NCBI GenBank assembly: GCA_016210205.1
Contig: JACQUO010000034.1
Location: forward strand, 3,484-67,483
DNA length: 64,000 nt
From: Chloroflexota bacterium
GTDB taxonomy: Bacteria; Chloroflexota; Dehalococcoidia; JACQUO01
Direction of reading: 5' to 3'
Shown: positions 55,280 to 64,000 of the stretch, piece by piece
How the letters are laid out: each line of letters starts with the position of its first letter
How positions within the stretch are numbered: the stretch's first letter is position 1
Made by a program: the position numbers and the translations under genes
Notes under the pieces: model-generated
Seen by the model: the letters and a program-made list of their open reading frames with translations, nothing else
What the model was told of the DNA's origin: nothing
Databases searched by the model: none

Positions 55280-55464
55280 TTTCTGAACCTGAAAGGTGGA
55301 GAAAATCGCCTTTTTCCGCAACGAGTCAGATGACCGGTTTTGTTTGCCCTCCCGCCACTTGCTTGCCTGACAGGCCACAACCGGTTGCACCGCTCTTCTT
55401 TGTTTGATAGGCCAAGGGGGGTAAGGTCAATCCCATTATCGCTGACGGTCTACAAGGCTCTAGC

Positions 55465-56265
55465 TCAAGCGATCTTTTCACCGATGCAATAAGAAAGAAA
55501 GCCAAGCCTGGATTGCCTGCTCTCAATAAAATAGCTGGTACGATAGAAAACCCCGAAGAGCCAGTCGCCAATAATTGGAAGCAAGAGCGGTGATGACCCC
55601 AGCATATAGCCGCTAGGGAGAACGCCGTGTCCCCTGTCAACAAAACCGGCTTTCTGCATACCGCAGGAAAGTTTGGAAGGAGAATACAAATCCTCCCTTT
55701 CAAAAGGCAGTTTGCCCAGTGTCTTCAGTATAAAGTTACTGATTAATTTCATTGAGTATATGTTCGGCACGGTTACCAGGCATCGTCCCCCGGGCCGTAG
55801 GATACGGTGGGATTCCCTTAGAGCAGATATTGTATCACTGAAATGCTCCACAACCCCGAAGCTGAAGACATAATCGAACATACCAGAAGGGAAAGGCATG
55901 TGACGCACATCTCCCAAAACAAAGCCGCAGGAGAGGTCTTGCTGTCGACCCAAGGCCGTGGCTTTTGTGATAGCTTTAGAGGAGATGTCGAGGCCAAAGG
56001 CCCGATGTCCCTTCGCTCCTGAATAGAAGACCCACTGACCGGAGCCACAACCGGCATCAAGGATAACCCTTGTGCCATTAAGACCTGCAAGCGCCCTCTG
56101 CACCATTGGAAAGTGAGGGTCCTTGGCGAAGGGGTAACCTCCTCCAGGATACTGATCCCTGCGTCGTACAAAGCTCACATCTTGCTGGTCCCAGTAGCCA
56201 TCCCAGCCCTGCTTGAGGATGTTATCCTCATCAGGCTTCCACTTGGGTTTACTTCTTGACACCAT
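55465..56265 (-). CDS. class I SAM-dependent methyltransferase
   Basis: 266 aa. Motif I VILDAGCGSGQW, plus VVEHF and LRPGG motifs. Confidence 0.8.
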   Translation of the reverse strand: MVSRSKPKWKPDEDNILKQGWDGYWDQQDVSFVRRRDQYPGGGYPFAKDPHFPMVQRALAGLNGTRVILDAGCGSGQWVFYSGAKGHRAFGLDISSKAITKATALGRQQDLSCGFVLGDVRHMPFPSGMFDYVFSFGVVEHFSDTISALRESHRILRPGGRCLVTVPNIYSMKLISNFILKTLGKLPFEREDLYSPSKLSCGMQKAGFVDRGHGVLPSGYMLGSSPLLLPIIGDWLFGVFYRTSYFIESRQSRLGFLSYCIGEKIA

Positions 56266-56303
56266 TATTTCCTCTCATAAAGAAGTGCATTCTTGGCTGC
56301 TCA

Positions 56304-57842
56304 TTAGCGCTTCCGCTCCTTCATATATTCATGGACCCACAACTTCACGTCACCTTCTTTGGCCCGTGTCTGCCGCCACCTCATTTTGAGCGCCTTGGTT
56401 ACTATACCAATCGTATAGCGAAGGTCCTCCCGGGAATGGATTTTGCTGAGTAGCCTCCTGGGGTTGAGGAAGTCCCGCATCCTACGGTTCGTGAACTCTG
56501 CTTGAGCTCGGGCCTGCCAATGCTTGAGCTCCTGCCGAGAAAAGAACTTGGTGTCACAGCCGCCCCCCCCAAGAATATAGCCCCAGTTATTTACTTCATC
56601 CAGCAGTCCCTCTTTCTTAAATACTTCGTAGGCTGGGGTGCCTGGGAAAGGTCCCAAGATGTAGAAGAGAGCGAAATCAGTATCGCAATCGATGGCATAT
56701 TTTATAGTATCCTTAATTGAGTCCACCCCCTCATAGGGAAAGCCGATGATGAGGGTGCTAATGGTCCAAAGCCCAATGCTGTTAGCATAGCTAATCAGGG
56801 ACTTGGCCTTATCGAGCCGAATACTCTTGCCGATGAAACGCTGAGTCTCTGAGTTGCCGGATTCGATGCCGAAGGTGAGGCGATAACACCCACTGTCCTT
56901 CATTTTTCGGATGAGAACCTCATCCAGGGCCCAGAGGGCTACCCCATTAGGGGTGCACCACTTGATGTCAATTTTTCTGGCGATAATCTCGTCACAGATA
57001 GCCATCGCCCGCTGCCGATCATATGAAAAATTATCGTCGACGAAAGAAAACTCCCGAATGCCGTAGTCTCGGACTAGCAATTCTAATTCGTCCACGACAT
57101 TCTTGGGACTGCGTCCCCTCCAAGTATGCCCCCAGACGGAGTGGATGGAACAGAAGACACATCTGGCGGGGCAACCGCGGCTGGTGACGATGCCTAAGTG
57201 TGGGTGCCTCATACAATACTCATCATATAACCTGAAATATTTGAAATAAATGTCCATGGGCAAAAGATGCCGGGCTGGAAATGGTATCGAGTCTAAGGTT
57301 ACAATATAACCCCCACTCTCGTTGAAAATTACCTCGCCCTCCTTCCTGACAACAGTGCTTGGGACAGAGAAGATGTCACCCCCATTAATCAGCCTTTCCA
57401 CCAATTCCGAAAATATCGCCTCTCCTTCGCCCTTAACGACAATGTCAACATTATGGTCTGCAAGCACCATGTTTGGGTTTGCCGAGGCATGAGCGCCGCC
57501 TATTACCACGGGGATGTCTGGATTGACATCTTTGACCAACCGGGCGCAAGTGTGCGCGTCACTGGCGTATCCGGTGAACATGGAACTGATACCCACCACT
57601 GTTGGCCGGAAGCTCCGTATTACATCCGTAATTTCCCTGTCGCTCAGCCCTGTCCGAGTCCAACCATCACCCCTAGCCACATTCTCCATCCCCAGGGCAA
57701 GGGCATCCAATATCTTGACCTGATGCCCCTTTTGCTCGAGCATAGCGGCAATGTAGGCTAGGCCTAATGGAATGCTGACCGAGGGAATCATGGGGTCTGG
57801 GTCAGAGACCGTAACAGGCGGCCAGATTAAAAGAACCTTCAA
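56304..57842 (-). CDS. B12-binding-domain radical SAM protein (class B)
   Basis: N-terminal Rossmann-like B12 segment (KVLLIWPP...VVGISSMFT...VVIGGAHAS). Cluster motif RGCPARCVFCS. Start set at TTG 57842; the track start at 57959 overlaps the upstream gene. Confidence 0.85.
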   Translation of the reverse strand: MKVLLIWPPVTVSDPDPMIPSVSIPLGLAYIAAMLEQKGHQVKILDALALGMENVARGDGWTRTGLSDREITDVIRSFRPTVVGISSMFTGYASDAHTCARLVKDVNPDIPVVIGGAHASANPNMVLADHNVDIVVKGEGEAIFSELVERLINGGDIFSVPSTVVRKEGEVIFNESGGYIVTLDSIPFPARHLLPMDIYFKYFRLYDEYCMRHPHLGIVTSRGCPARCVFCSIHSVWGHTWRGRSPKNVVDELELLVRDYGIREFSFVDDNFSYDRQRAMAICDEIIARKIDIKWCTPNGVALWALDEVLIRKMKDSGCYRLTFGIESGNSETQRFIGKSIRLDKAKSLISYANSIGLWTISTLIIGFPYEGVDSIKDTIKYAIDCDTDFALFYILGPFPGTPAYEVFKKEGLLDEVNNWGYILGGGGCDTKFFSRQELKHWQARAQAEFTNRRMRDFLNPRRLLSKIHSREDLRYTIGIVTKALKMRWRQTRAKEGDVKLWVHEYMKERKR

Positions 57843-57894
57843 CCTCGCAACTCCAGTGTGAAATCCCGGTGAATAACGAACCTGCGGCAAACTA

Positions 57895-59343
57895 TTATTG
57901 CCTCGACTTGGACGATAGGGCCAAATATAATTTGCGTCCTGCCCTGCTATAGAGGGCAAAGTTTCGGCCCCATTCCCGTAAAGGGCGGAAGCGGGTCAGG
58001 ATATAAACTAGTTTACCCAAGGCCTTGCCCAGCCTGAATCGAAGGATAGTCTTCTCGTAGAGGGCGAACCCTTTTCGTAAAATCCTCTCGCGTTCCTCTT
58101 TGGTGAACTCCTTGGTCTCGAAAACAGGTGAGTTGTCCCGGTAGGAGATGTCTTCTAAGTAACTATCGGCAGGTACAAGAAAATGGGCGCTTTTCTTTAC
58201 CCATTCGATCACTTCGGTGCCTGGGTAAGGCACAAGGTTATAGAAATTAACGAAATCTGTAGGCAGGGACTCAGCAATCCTTAATGAATCGGTCGCTTGC
58301 TGGAAGGTCTCTCCGGGGTGACCAATGATAAAATTCACCGAGGTCCTTATGCCCACTTGATTGGACCATTCCACTACTTGGCGAACCTGCTCTGGCGTAA
58401 CACCCTTGTGTATTGCCTTCAATACCTCCTGGTTGCCGGACTCAAGACCGTAGGAAATAAACACACACCCGGAGGCCTTCATCTTGGCCAGCAACTCCTG
58501 GTCAACCCGGTCAGCCCTAATTCCGTTGTAGAGTTGGTAGGTTAATTTCAGACCTCGCTTTACTATCAGGTCACAAATTGTCTTCGCCCGGACAACATCA
58601 AAGCTGAAACAATCATCATTGATTGCGAAGTTACTGAACCCCCGGCTGACCCAATGTTCCAGCTCTGTTAATACATTTTCCGGGCTCCTGGCCCGGAAAC
58701 GATGGCCCATGGAGAGCTTAACGGAGCAAAAGCTGCAGCGGTAAGGGCATCCGCGGGAGGAGATAATGGGTAGACTCTTTTGAGCATAACAAGGATACCG
58801 GGTAATATCGAAGGCTTCATAATCTGGGAAAGGAAGAATATCCAAGTTCTGGACAAAAGGTGAATCTTCGTTTTCGACAATCTTCCCTCCATCGCGCCAG
58901 ATAAGGCCGGGGATGCGGCTGAAATCCGGTGCTCGCTTCCCCAGTTCCTCCAGAAAAGCCGGAAAAGACAACTCCCCTTCCCCCTTTAGGGCGAAGTCAG
59001 CACTTATTCCCTGTAATGTCTCACCTCTTACCGCCGATACATGGGGCCCCCCAATCATTATAGGCGCATCCGTATAGGCATCCAGCTTGGCTACCGCCTC
59101 CTTCACAGAATGATAGCAGTAGCTAAAAGCGGTGACGCCAATGAGGTCAGGCGAAAATTCATCCACCACCTCAAAAAGGCGACCTTCGTCCTCTTCTATC
59201 CCCTCATCAACAATGTTCACGAGGTAGCCCCTTTGCTTCAAAAGCGCCGTCAAGTAAGCGACGCCCATATGGGGATGACCGCTAATCGCCTTCCCCGTAC
59301 CGAACATCGACTTAAGTTTGGGAATTACGAATAAAACCCGCAA
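57895..59343 (-). CDS. B12-binding-domain radical SAM protein (class B)
   Basis: Cluster motif RGCPYRCSFCS. Start set at TTG 59343, preceded by AAAGGAGG. Confidence 0.85.
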   Translation of the reverse strand: MRVLFVIPKLKSMFGTGKAISGHPHMGVAYLTALLKQRGYLVNIVDEGIEEDEGRLFEVVDEFSPDLIGVTAFSYCYHSVKEAVAKLDAYTDAPIMIGGPHVSAVRGETLQGISADFALKGEGELSFPAFLEELGKRAPDFSRIPGLIWRDGGKIVENEDSPFVQNLDILPFPDYEAFDITRYPCYAQKSLPIISSRGCPYRCSFCSVKLSMGHRFRARSPENVLTELEHWVSRGFSNFAINDDCFSFDVVRAKTICDLIVKRGLKLTYQLYNGIRADRVDQELLAKMKASGCVFISYGLESGNQEVLKAIHKGVTPEQVRQVVEWSNQVGIRTSVNFIIGHPGETFQQATDSLRIAESLPTDFVNFYNLVPYPGTEVIEWVKKSAHFLVPADSYLEDISYRDNSPVFETKEFTKEERERILRKGFALYEKTILRFRLGKALGKLVYILTRFRPLREWGRNFALYSRAGRKLYLALSSKSRQ

Positions 59344-59363
59344 CCTAAACCTCCTTTGAACTT

Positions 59364-60302
59364 CTAAACTTGTCCTAGTAATAAATGTCGATACAGCCCA
59401 CGCAACGTGCCCCAATTAAAACCCAATAGGTTCCGCATCTTTCTGTGGATAAGGAATTTTATGTTGTAAATAATGGTGATGAACACAAGGTATGAGAAGC
59501 AGAACAGAACGAAATCACGCCTTCGGGCATGTTTCCTCATGAACCTTATCCGGCTCATACCCAGGTAGTAAGCAACTTTAGCTGATTGAACATCGTTGCA
59601 GCCTCCCAGGAACCGAGATGCCACATTGTCAGGAGCTAAGGCTACCTTATGCCAAGCCTTGGCCTTAGGGACATGGACAATCTTGTACCCCTTCTTCTCT
59701 ATTTGCATGGCATAATCCGATTCTTCGTAGCGAATAAAAAATTCCCTGTCGAAACCCTTCAAAGTGGATGCTATCTCTCGTTTGGTCATGAACACCGACA
59801 TGGAATGTCCATGTTTCATTATCCGCGGCTCGACAAACTGGCCGCGGTCCACCACATTAGTGTTAGCATACTGTGTCAGCCCTTTCCGTAGATCGATAAC
59901 GGCCCCACCAAAAAAAATCTTCGTCGGATCGTCGAAGTAATATATCATGGGGCCCACCAGCCCCACCTCCTCATCCTGCAACACTAGCTTCATCTCGCCG
60001 GTAGCGTTCTCATCCAAGACGATATCGGAATCAACGAAAAGCAAGTATTCGCCTCTCGCTATTCGCTGCCCCTCGTTCCTGGAATAAGCAGCGCCGAGGT
60101 TGCTTACATTCTGAATCAATATCACCTCGGAGTGTTCCTTCTCCATCGCTTCTGTAGTGCCATCGCTTGACCCATCATCGATAACGATTATCTCACTATT
60201 GGGATAGCTACTGCGTTTCAGCCAAGCAACGCAGTCAAGGACCTCTTCTTTCCTATTGTAAGTTGGAATGATTACGCTGACTAGGGGATATGACTCTCTC
60301 AT
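59364..60302 (-). CDS. family 2 glycosyltransferase with C-terminal hydrophobic anchor
   Basis: VSVIIPTYNR...IIVIDDGSSDGT, DxD (VDSD), and a C-terminal FVLFCFSYLVFITIIY segment. The start could also be 60347. Confidence 0.85.
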   Translation of the reverse strand: MRESYPLVSVIIPTYNRKEEVLDCVAWLKRSSYPNSEIIVIDDGSSDGTTEAMEKEHSEVILIQNVSNLGAAYSRNEGQRIARGEYLLFVDSDIVLDENATGEMKLVLQDEEVGLVGPMIYYFDDPTKIFFGGAVIDLRKGLTQYANTNVVDRGQFVEPRIMKHGHSMSVFMTKREIASTLKGFDREFFIRYEESDYAMQIEKKGYKIVHVPKAKAWHKVALAPDNVASRFLGGCNDVQSAKVAYYLGMSRIRFMRKHARRRDFVLFCFSYLVFITIIYNIKFLIHRKMRNLLGFNWGTLRGLYRHLLLGQV

Positions 60303-60312
60303 TACCTTTGTC

Positions 60313-61233
60313 CTATCTCGAAATGTTGCTGAGTATCGCCCGTCCAATCCTGGTTCCGACGGTGAGCTTCCGGCCCAATTTAGTTAGCAACCGGAACCTT
60401 AGGGCGAGTAGCACAATGTAACCAAGTCTGTAGCGGAGCACCCTATTGTAATAACCATGGGCATCTTCTAGCGGCTTCGAGCCTCCTCCCATACTCCAGT
60501 GAAATTCGTGGTAAACCTCCGCCATGGTCATCACCCGGAGCCCCCTATCTCTGACCATCCCTAGTAACTTCTCGAAGTTCGCGGTGCTAAGCTGGTCAGC
60601 CCCTTCACTGACCCGGTTGACGACATCATGGATTAGAAAAACGGCCCAAGCGCCTGTATCTACCACAGCCGATAAATATTCTGCCAGCCTCTCTTCGGTA
60701 AATACCTTCTCGCTCAAGGATATGGAATCTATTTGGAAAATATCCTCTACCTGGCAATTGCAAAAAGGGTCCCAGCGCGTTGTAGAGCTGATGGCAGCAC
60801 GCCCCATATGGTAGTCCCTTCCGGCAATCTCGATCACCCTGGCATCGACGCCGCCCCCAGGATAGGAGACGGCGGTAATTTTGTGCCCGTGAGCCTCTAA
60901 GATGGCTTTTGAGCTGACCAGCTCCTTTTCTATCTCAGCATATGACATAGCTACCAAATTGCCGTGGCTGGCAGTATGGCTTCCGACCTCCCAGCCATCC
61001 TCCTCGAGTTGCTTCAACTCGTTCCACCCCATTAATTGAACGCTGCCCGCTATCCCTTGCCAGACTCTACCTACAAAATCCGTGAGAACGAAAACCAGGC
61101 CTCGATACCCCCATTGCTTCATGATGGGATAGGCCACTTCATAGGTACTCATTCTGCCTTCATCGAAGGTGAAAGTCACGATGCCGCCGAAAGGCCCCCG
61201 GCTTTCCCGGTAAGGCGGTTTATCGTTCGCCAT
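60313..61233 (-). CDS. polysaccharide deacetylase (NodB homology / CE4) family protein
   Basis: 306 aa. TFTFDEG and GSHTASHG metal-site motifs. Confidence 0.8.
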   Translation of the reverse strand: MANDKPPYRESRGPFGGIVTFTFDEGRMSTYEVAYPIMKQWGYRGLVFVLTDFVGRVWQGIAGSVQLMGWNELKQLEEDGWEVGSHTASHGNLVAMSYAEIEKELVSSKAILEAHGHKITAVSYPGGGVDARVIEIAGRDYHMGRAAISSTTRWDPFCNCQVEDIFQIDSISLSEKVFTEERLAEYLSAVVDTGAWAVFLIHDVVNRVSEGADQLSTANFEKLLGMVRDRGLRVMTMAEVYHEFHWSMGGGSKPLEDAHGYYNRVLRYRLGYIVLLALRFRLLTKLGRKLTVGTRIGRAILSNISR

Positions 61234-61237
61234 TCAG

Positions 61238-61999
61238 TTAAATCCCTACCTTCTCCAGAGTGATTGAGAACATAGCAGACCTACTACTGCTATTGCGCAG
61301 GTCAGATTTCTCTAAACTCCACCACAGGCTTGATTTTGCGTCTCGTAGAGATGGAAATAGGGCTTGAAGTCCGTATTGGAGAACTTTTACCAAGTGGGCA
61401 TGGAAAGTCAAATCCACTACGACGAAACCTCGGCGGCGATACATCTCTATCAAATGCTCCGCACGATAACGCCTCATTTTCCTTCTATCATATAGCAGGT
61501 CGTTTATTTTTGATAAGAAGAATCCGCCGTTTGTTACACAGATGAAAATCCGTCCCCCTTTCCTGGTTATCCGAGCCATCTCATCCATAGCCTTGATATC
61601 ATTGGAAATATACTCCAAGACTGAGATGGAACAAACTTTACTGAAAGAACCATCGGCAAAGGGCAGCATCTCCGCGGAGCAGGCTATGAACTCGCAGCGT
61701 TGGCGGCTATCATCATCCAAGTAGCTGTGAGCAAAGCTGTCGGCTTTGCTCACAGCTACTCCAGATAAGTCGATACCTGTTGCTTTAAGGCCTCTCTTGG
61801 CCGCCTCGATAACGGTGAAACCGCAACCGCCTACACCGATGTCTAACAGCCTATCCCGGTCTGGATCCGTGTTGCCCAAATCCAGTCGCCGGAAAACCCT
61901 CTCAAGATAGCTCAACCGCCAGTTCTCAAGGTGGTAGTGTTGGAGTTTACTGTACTCCATGTCATAAAAGTCCCTTATTGTCTTATCATGGTCCATCAA
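61238..61999 (-). CDS. class I SAM-dependent methyltransferase
   Basis: 253 aa. Motif I LLDIGVGGCGFT and post-I GIDLS. Confidence 0.8.
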   Translation of the reverse strand: MMDHDKTIRDFYDMEYSKLQHYHLENWRLSYLERVFRRLDLGNTDPDRDRLLDIGVGGCGFTVIEAAKRGLKATGIDLSGVAVSKADSFAHSYLDDDSRQRCEFIACSAEMLPFADGSFSKVCSISVLEYISNDIKAMDEMARITRKGGRIFICVTNGGFFLSKINDLLYDRRKMRRYRAEHLIEMYRRRGFVVVDLTFHAHLVKVLQYGLQALFPSLRDAKSSLWWSLEKSDLRNSSSRSAMFSITLEKVGI

Positions 62000-62048
62000 T
62001 CTTCCTTATAACCAGCGCTTTATTAGCCATCTACTCGTTGACTCGTCC

Positions 62049-63470
62049 TTAAGACCCAGAGGCTTCGGTTCTACGGGAAAAGCTCCTGCGATAAGGACTG
62101 CGCTGGGATGAGCCTCGGATTAAATAGCTCAGGCCTTCGGCAAGGTCTCGTTTTAACAAGGAGAAGGACCTGAAGTCCTTGCTCAGACGCCTCAAAATAT
62201 AGCTGGGGCGCAGGTAAAAGCCGCGGAGCGCCTTCCGACGAATGTCTTCGAGGCCTTCCCTTGTCATACTATCGGGAACATAAACAGGGTAGACCCCAGC
62301 GTAGCCCTGGCCCAACTCCCCCCTGGCGAACCGGTCGATGGAATCGTTGCTCACCACTCCGGCCTGCAAGGCAATCTCATAGAGGTTCGAGCCAGGAAAG
62401 GGAGTGGGTATTGAGAGACCCACAATATTAAAACCAGACCTTTGCATGAAATCGACGGTCTCCCTCACCTCTTTCTCTGTCTCTGTGGGGTGACCTATCA
62501 TAAAGAAGCCATCTACATCGATGGCATATTTGCGACACCAGCCCATGACCTTGAGTATTTGCTCATTGGAGAACCTTTTCCCGATGACTTGTTCCCGAAC
62601 TCGCTGGTTGCCGGACTCGATGCCGAACACGAGAGTATAACACCCGGCTCGGCTTAAACTGGCCACAAGCTCCTCGTCCACCAAGTCGATCCTGGTATTC
62701 GCGGTCCATTTGACCTTAAGACCCTGGGATACAATCTCCTCGCAGAGCGCCAGGGTGAAGGTTCTATTCACGGTCAAAGTATCGTCCTGGAACTGGAAAT
62801 ACCTTCCATTGAGGTCACAGAGGCTTTTCATCTCAGTTACAATATTCTGGGGCGAGCGATGTCTGACTCTTTTGGCCACTGCCGGTCGGCTACAAAAATA
62901 GCAATTGAAGGGACATCCCCGAGTGGCAATCATAGCCGATTTATCCTGATAATCACTCTGGTCCAAAAGGTGTCTAGCGGGGAACGGGATGTCATCCAAA
63001 TTCTGTAAAGCTTCCCCACGGTGAAGCCCTTGAATCTTTTCACCACCTAAAACTCTCTTCACCAGTGCCGGGAAGGTCAACTCACCCTCTCCAGTGATGG
63101 CAAAGTCAAAGCAGGGGAACCGTTCAATGAACCTAGGGTCAGCGCTTATGTGAGCACCTCCCAGGGCAATACGAATAGCATCCCCAAACGTTCTTTTTAT
63201 CTCCTCGGCTATCTGGACCGCCCCTTGCAGCACTGGCGTCATGGCCGAGATGCCCACAACAAGGGGCCTATCGGTCTCAAGGACAGCCATGGTCTCCGCC
63301 AAAGTTAGGCCTTTAGCGCCAACATCCAAGATACTGACGCTGATATTTTCCCTTTCGAAGGCTGCAGCCAGATACAGTAGTCCCAGGGGAGGGAAGGTAG
63401 CGTCCAGTACAATGGGCTGTCCGTCCTTCTGGTAACAAATGGGAGGAGCGATAAGGGTGACTACGTTCAT
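62049..63470 (-). CDS. B12-binding-domain radical SAM protein (class B)
   Basis: Cluster motif RGCPFNCYFCS. Start set at ATG 63470, forming an ATGA overlap with the stop of the upstream SPASM gene. Confidence 0.85.
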   Translation of the reverse strand: MNVVTLIAPPICYQKDGQPIVLDATFPPLGLLYLAAAFERENISVSILDVGAKGLTLAETMAVLETDRPLVVGISAMTPVLQGAVQIAEEIKRTFGDAIRIALGGAHISADPRFIERFPCFDFAITGEGELTFPALVKRVLGGEKIQGLHRGEALQNLDDIPFPARHLLDQSDYQDKSAMIATRGCPFNCYFCSRPAVAKRVRHRSPQNIVTEMKSLCDLNGRYFQFQDDTLTVNRTFTLALCEEIVSQGLKVKWTANTRIDLVDEELVASLSRAGCYTLVFGIESGNQRVREQVIGKRFSNEQILKVMGWCRKYAIDVDGFFMIGHPTETEKEVRETVDFMQRSGFNIVGLSIPTPFPGSNLYEIALQAGVVSNDSIDRFARGELGQGYAGVYPVYVPDSMTREGLEDIRRKALRGFYLRPSYILRRLSKDFRSFSLLKRDLAEGLSYLIRGSSQRSPYRRSFSRRTEASGS

Positions 63471-64000
63471 GAACCTGGCCACCCTTGTTGCTGACCCTGA
63501 CTATCGCCATAGCGGCGGTGGCTGATCAGCCTGCCTGGAGGAAAACATCTGGTGAACACCGAAAAAAGGTTATATAAGCCCACATCGTTCATCCCACAAT
63601 TGAGACATTGCTTGTAGAGCTCTTTGCCATCCGCTAGACTTTTCCTAAACTTTCGATAATTAGGACTATTCCAGACTTTGGCGACTGAGGTCTCCAATAC
63701 ATTGCCAAAATCCAGAGGAACATTCATAAAATGGGCGCAGGGATAAGCGTTGCCGTCCCAGGTGATGGGCATATCAAGCCAAGGAACGAAGCAGGGTCCT
63801 TCACTCGTGCCTCGGTACATTCTTTCTACCGAGTATAGTAAATTATCGAGGTTCGCCACGGTATCCCACAGGCCGTGTTCTTCCGCCCACTTCTTCCCCA
63901 TGGCCACATGTCTCCCCAAAGTTGAAAGGTCTACTAAAAGGGCTTCTTCTGCGGCATCTTTATCGTGAATAAATAGAGGAATAAATTCCACACTGCAATC
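63467..64000 (-). CDS. radical SAM/SPASM-domain protein, C-terminal part only (gene runs off the window)
   Basis: The frame stays open to position 64000. Has a Cys-rich SPASM/twitch-like segment CFVPWLDMPITWDGNAYPCAHF...GN...W....Y..FR...CLNCG. The radical-SAM core is not in the window. Confidence 0.65.
   Translation of the reverse strand, partial: DCSVEFIPLFIHDKDAAEEALLVDLSTLGRHVAMGKKWAEEHGLWDTVANLDNLLYSVERMYRGTSEGPCFVPWLDMPITWDGNAYPCAHFMNVPLDFGNVLETSVAKVWNSPNYRKFRKSLADGKELYKQCLNCGMNDVGLYNLFSVFTRCFPPGRLISHRRYGDSQGQQQGWPGS

Noticed and set aside
55112-55390. N-terminal extension of the RelA/SpoT ORF, and the 125-aa ORF 55326..55703
   Set aside because: The extension reads through the tRNA-like remnant; GFESRLPLH is the T-arm translated. 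The other ORF overlaps the methyltransferase gene. Neither has a plausible start context.
54050-64000. Prophage or integrative conjugative element
   Set aside because: No integrase, recombinase, transposase, capsid, terminase or conjugation genes occur in the visible part. Only the compositional shift and a tRNA remnant support mobility, so the region is reported as an island of unknown type.

Overview
Annotated by eye from the sequence and the ORF track, with no searches run. All family names come from recognised motifs and gene order. The ORF track shows GTG/TTG/CTG starts as M, and several starts were re-set on that basis.

The window is a high-G+C bacterial chromosome segment. It is probably Chloroflexota, inferred from the paired Chlor_Arch_YYY/DUF2298 and TIGR03663-type membrane proteins and the low-complexity tails on ribosomal proteins.

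- **1-22.3 kb (minus strand):** one ribosomal super-operon. Order is rpsL-rpsG-fusA, S10 (rpsJ to rpsQ), spc (rplN to rplO, secY, adk, map, infA, rpmJ), alpha (rpsM, rpsK, an inserted membrane protein, rpsD, rpoA, rplQ), then truA-rplM-rpsI. rpmJ (37 aa) and rpmD (60 aa) are missing or masked in the ORF track and were recovered by hand.
- **22.4-35.9 kb:** two tandem MFS paralogs with long leaders, then an operon for a NuoE-like protein, a NuoF-GltD fusion, a Cys-type formate dehydrogenase alpha subunit, NfnA/NfnB-like proteins and an amidinotransferase-fold protein.
- **36-42.5 kb:** FAD oxidoreductase, UPF0104 flippase-like protein, TIGR03663 GT-C-like protein and DUF2298 (YYY) protein.
- **42.5-54 kb:** housekeeping genes (ftsY, rnc, rnhB, yraN, thiE, translin-like, hppA, two MBL-fold hydrolases, glyQS). 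This stretch also holds a compact MerR unit with an overlapping 29-aa Cys-rich micro-ORF.
- **54.05 kb to the window end:** a clearly AT-richer island. It carries a stand-alone RelA/SpoT-domain protein, a tRNA 3'-end remnant and an 8-gene cluster: three B12-binding radical-SAM enzymes, one SPASM radical-SAM enzyme (truncated by the window edge), two methyltransferases, a GT2 and a CE4 deacetylase.
- **Repeats:** five intergenic copies of a modular GC-rich hairpin repeat (two related families) are scattered through the window.

Best candidates for something undescribed, in order:
1. The radical-SAM island.
2. The MerR/micropeptide unit.
3. The NuoF-GltD/FDH/Nfn operon.
4. The RelA/SpoT-domain gene.
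5. The repeat family.

No rRNA, intact tRNA, CRISPR array, integrase or transposase was seen.
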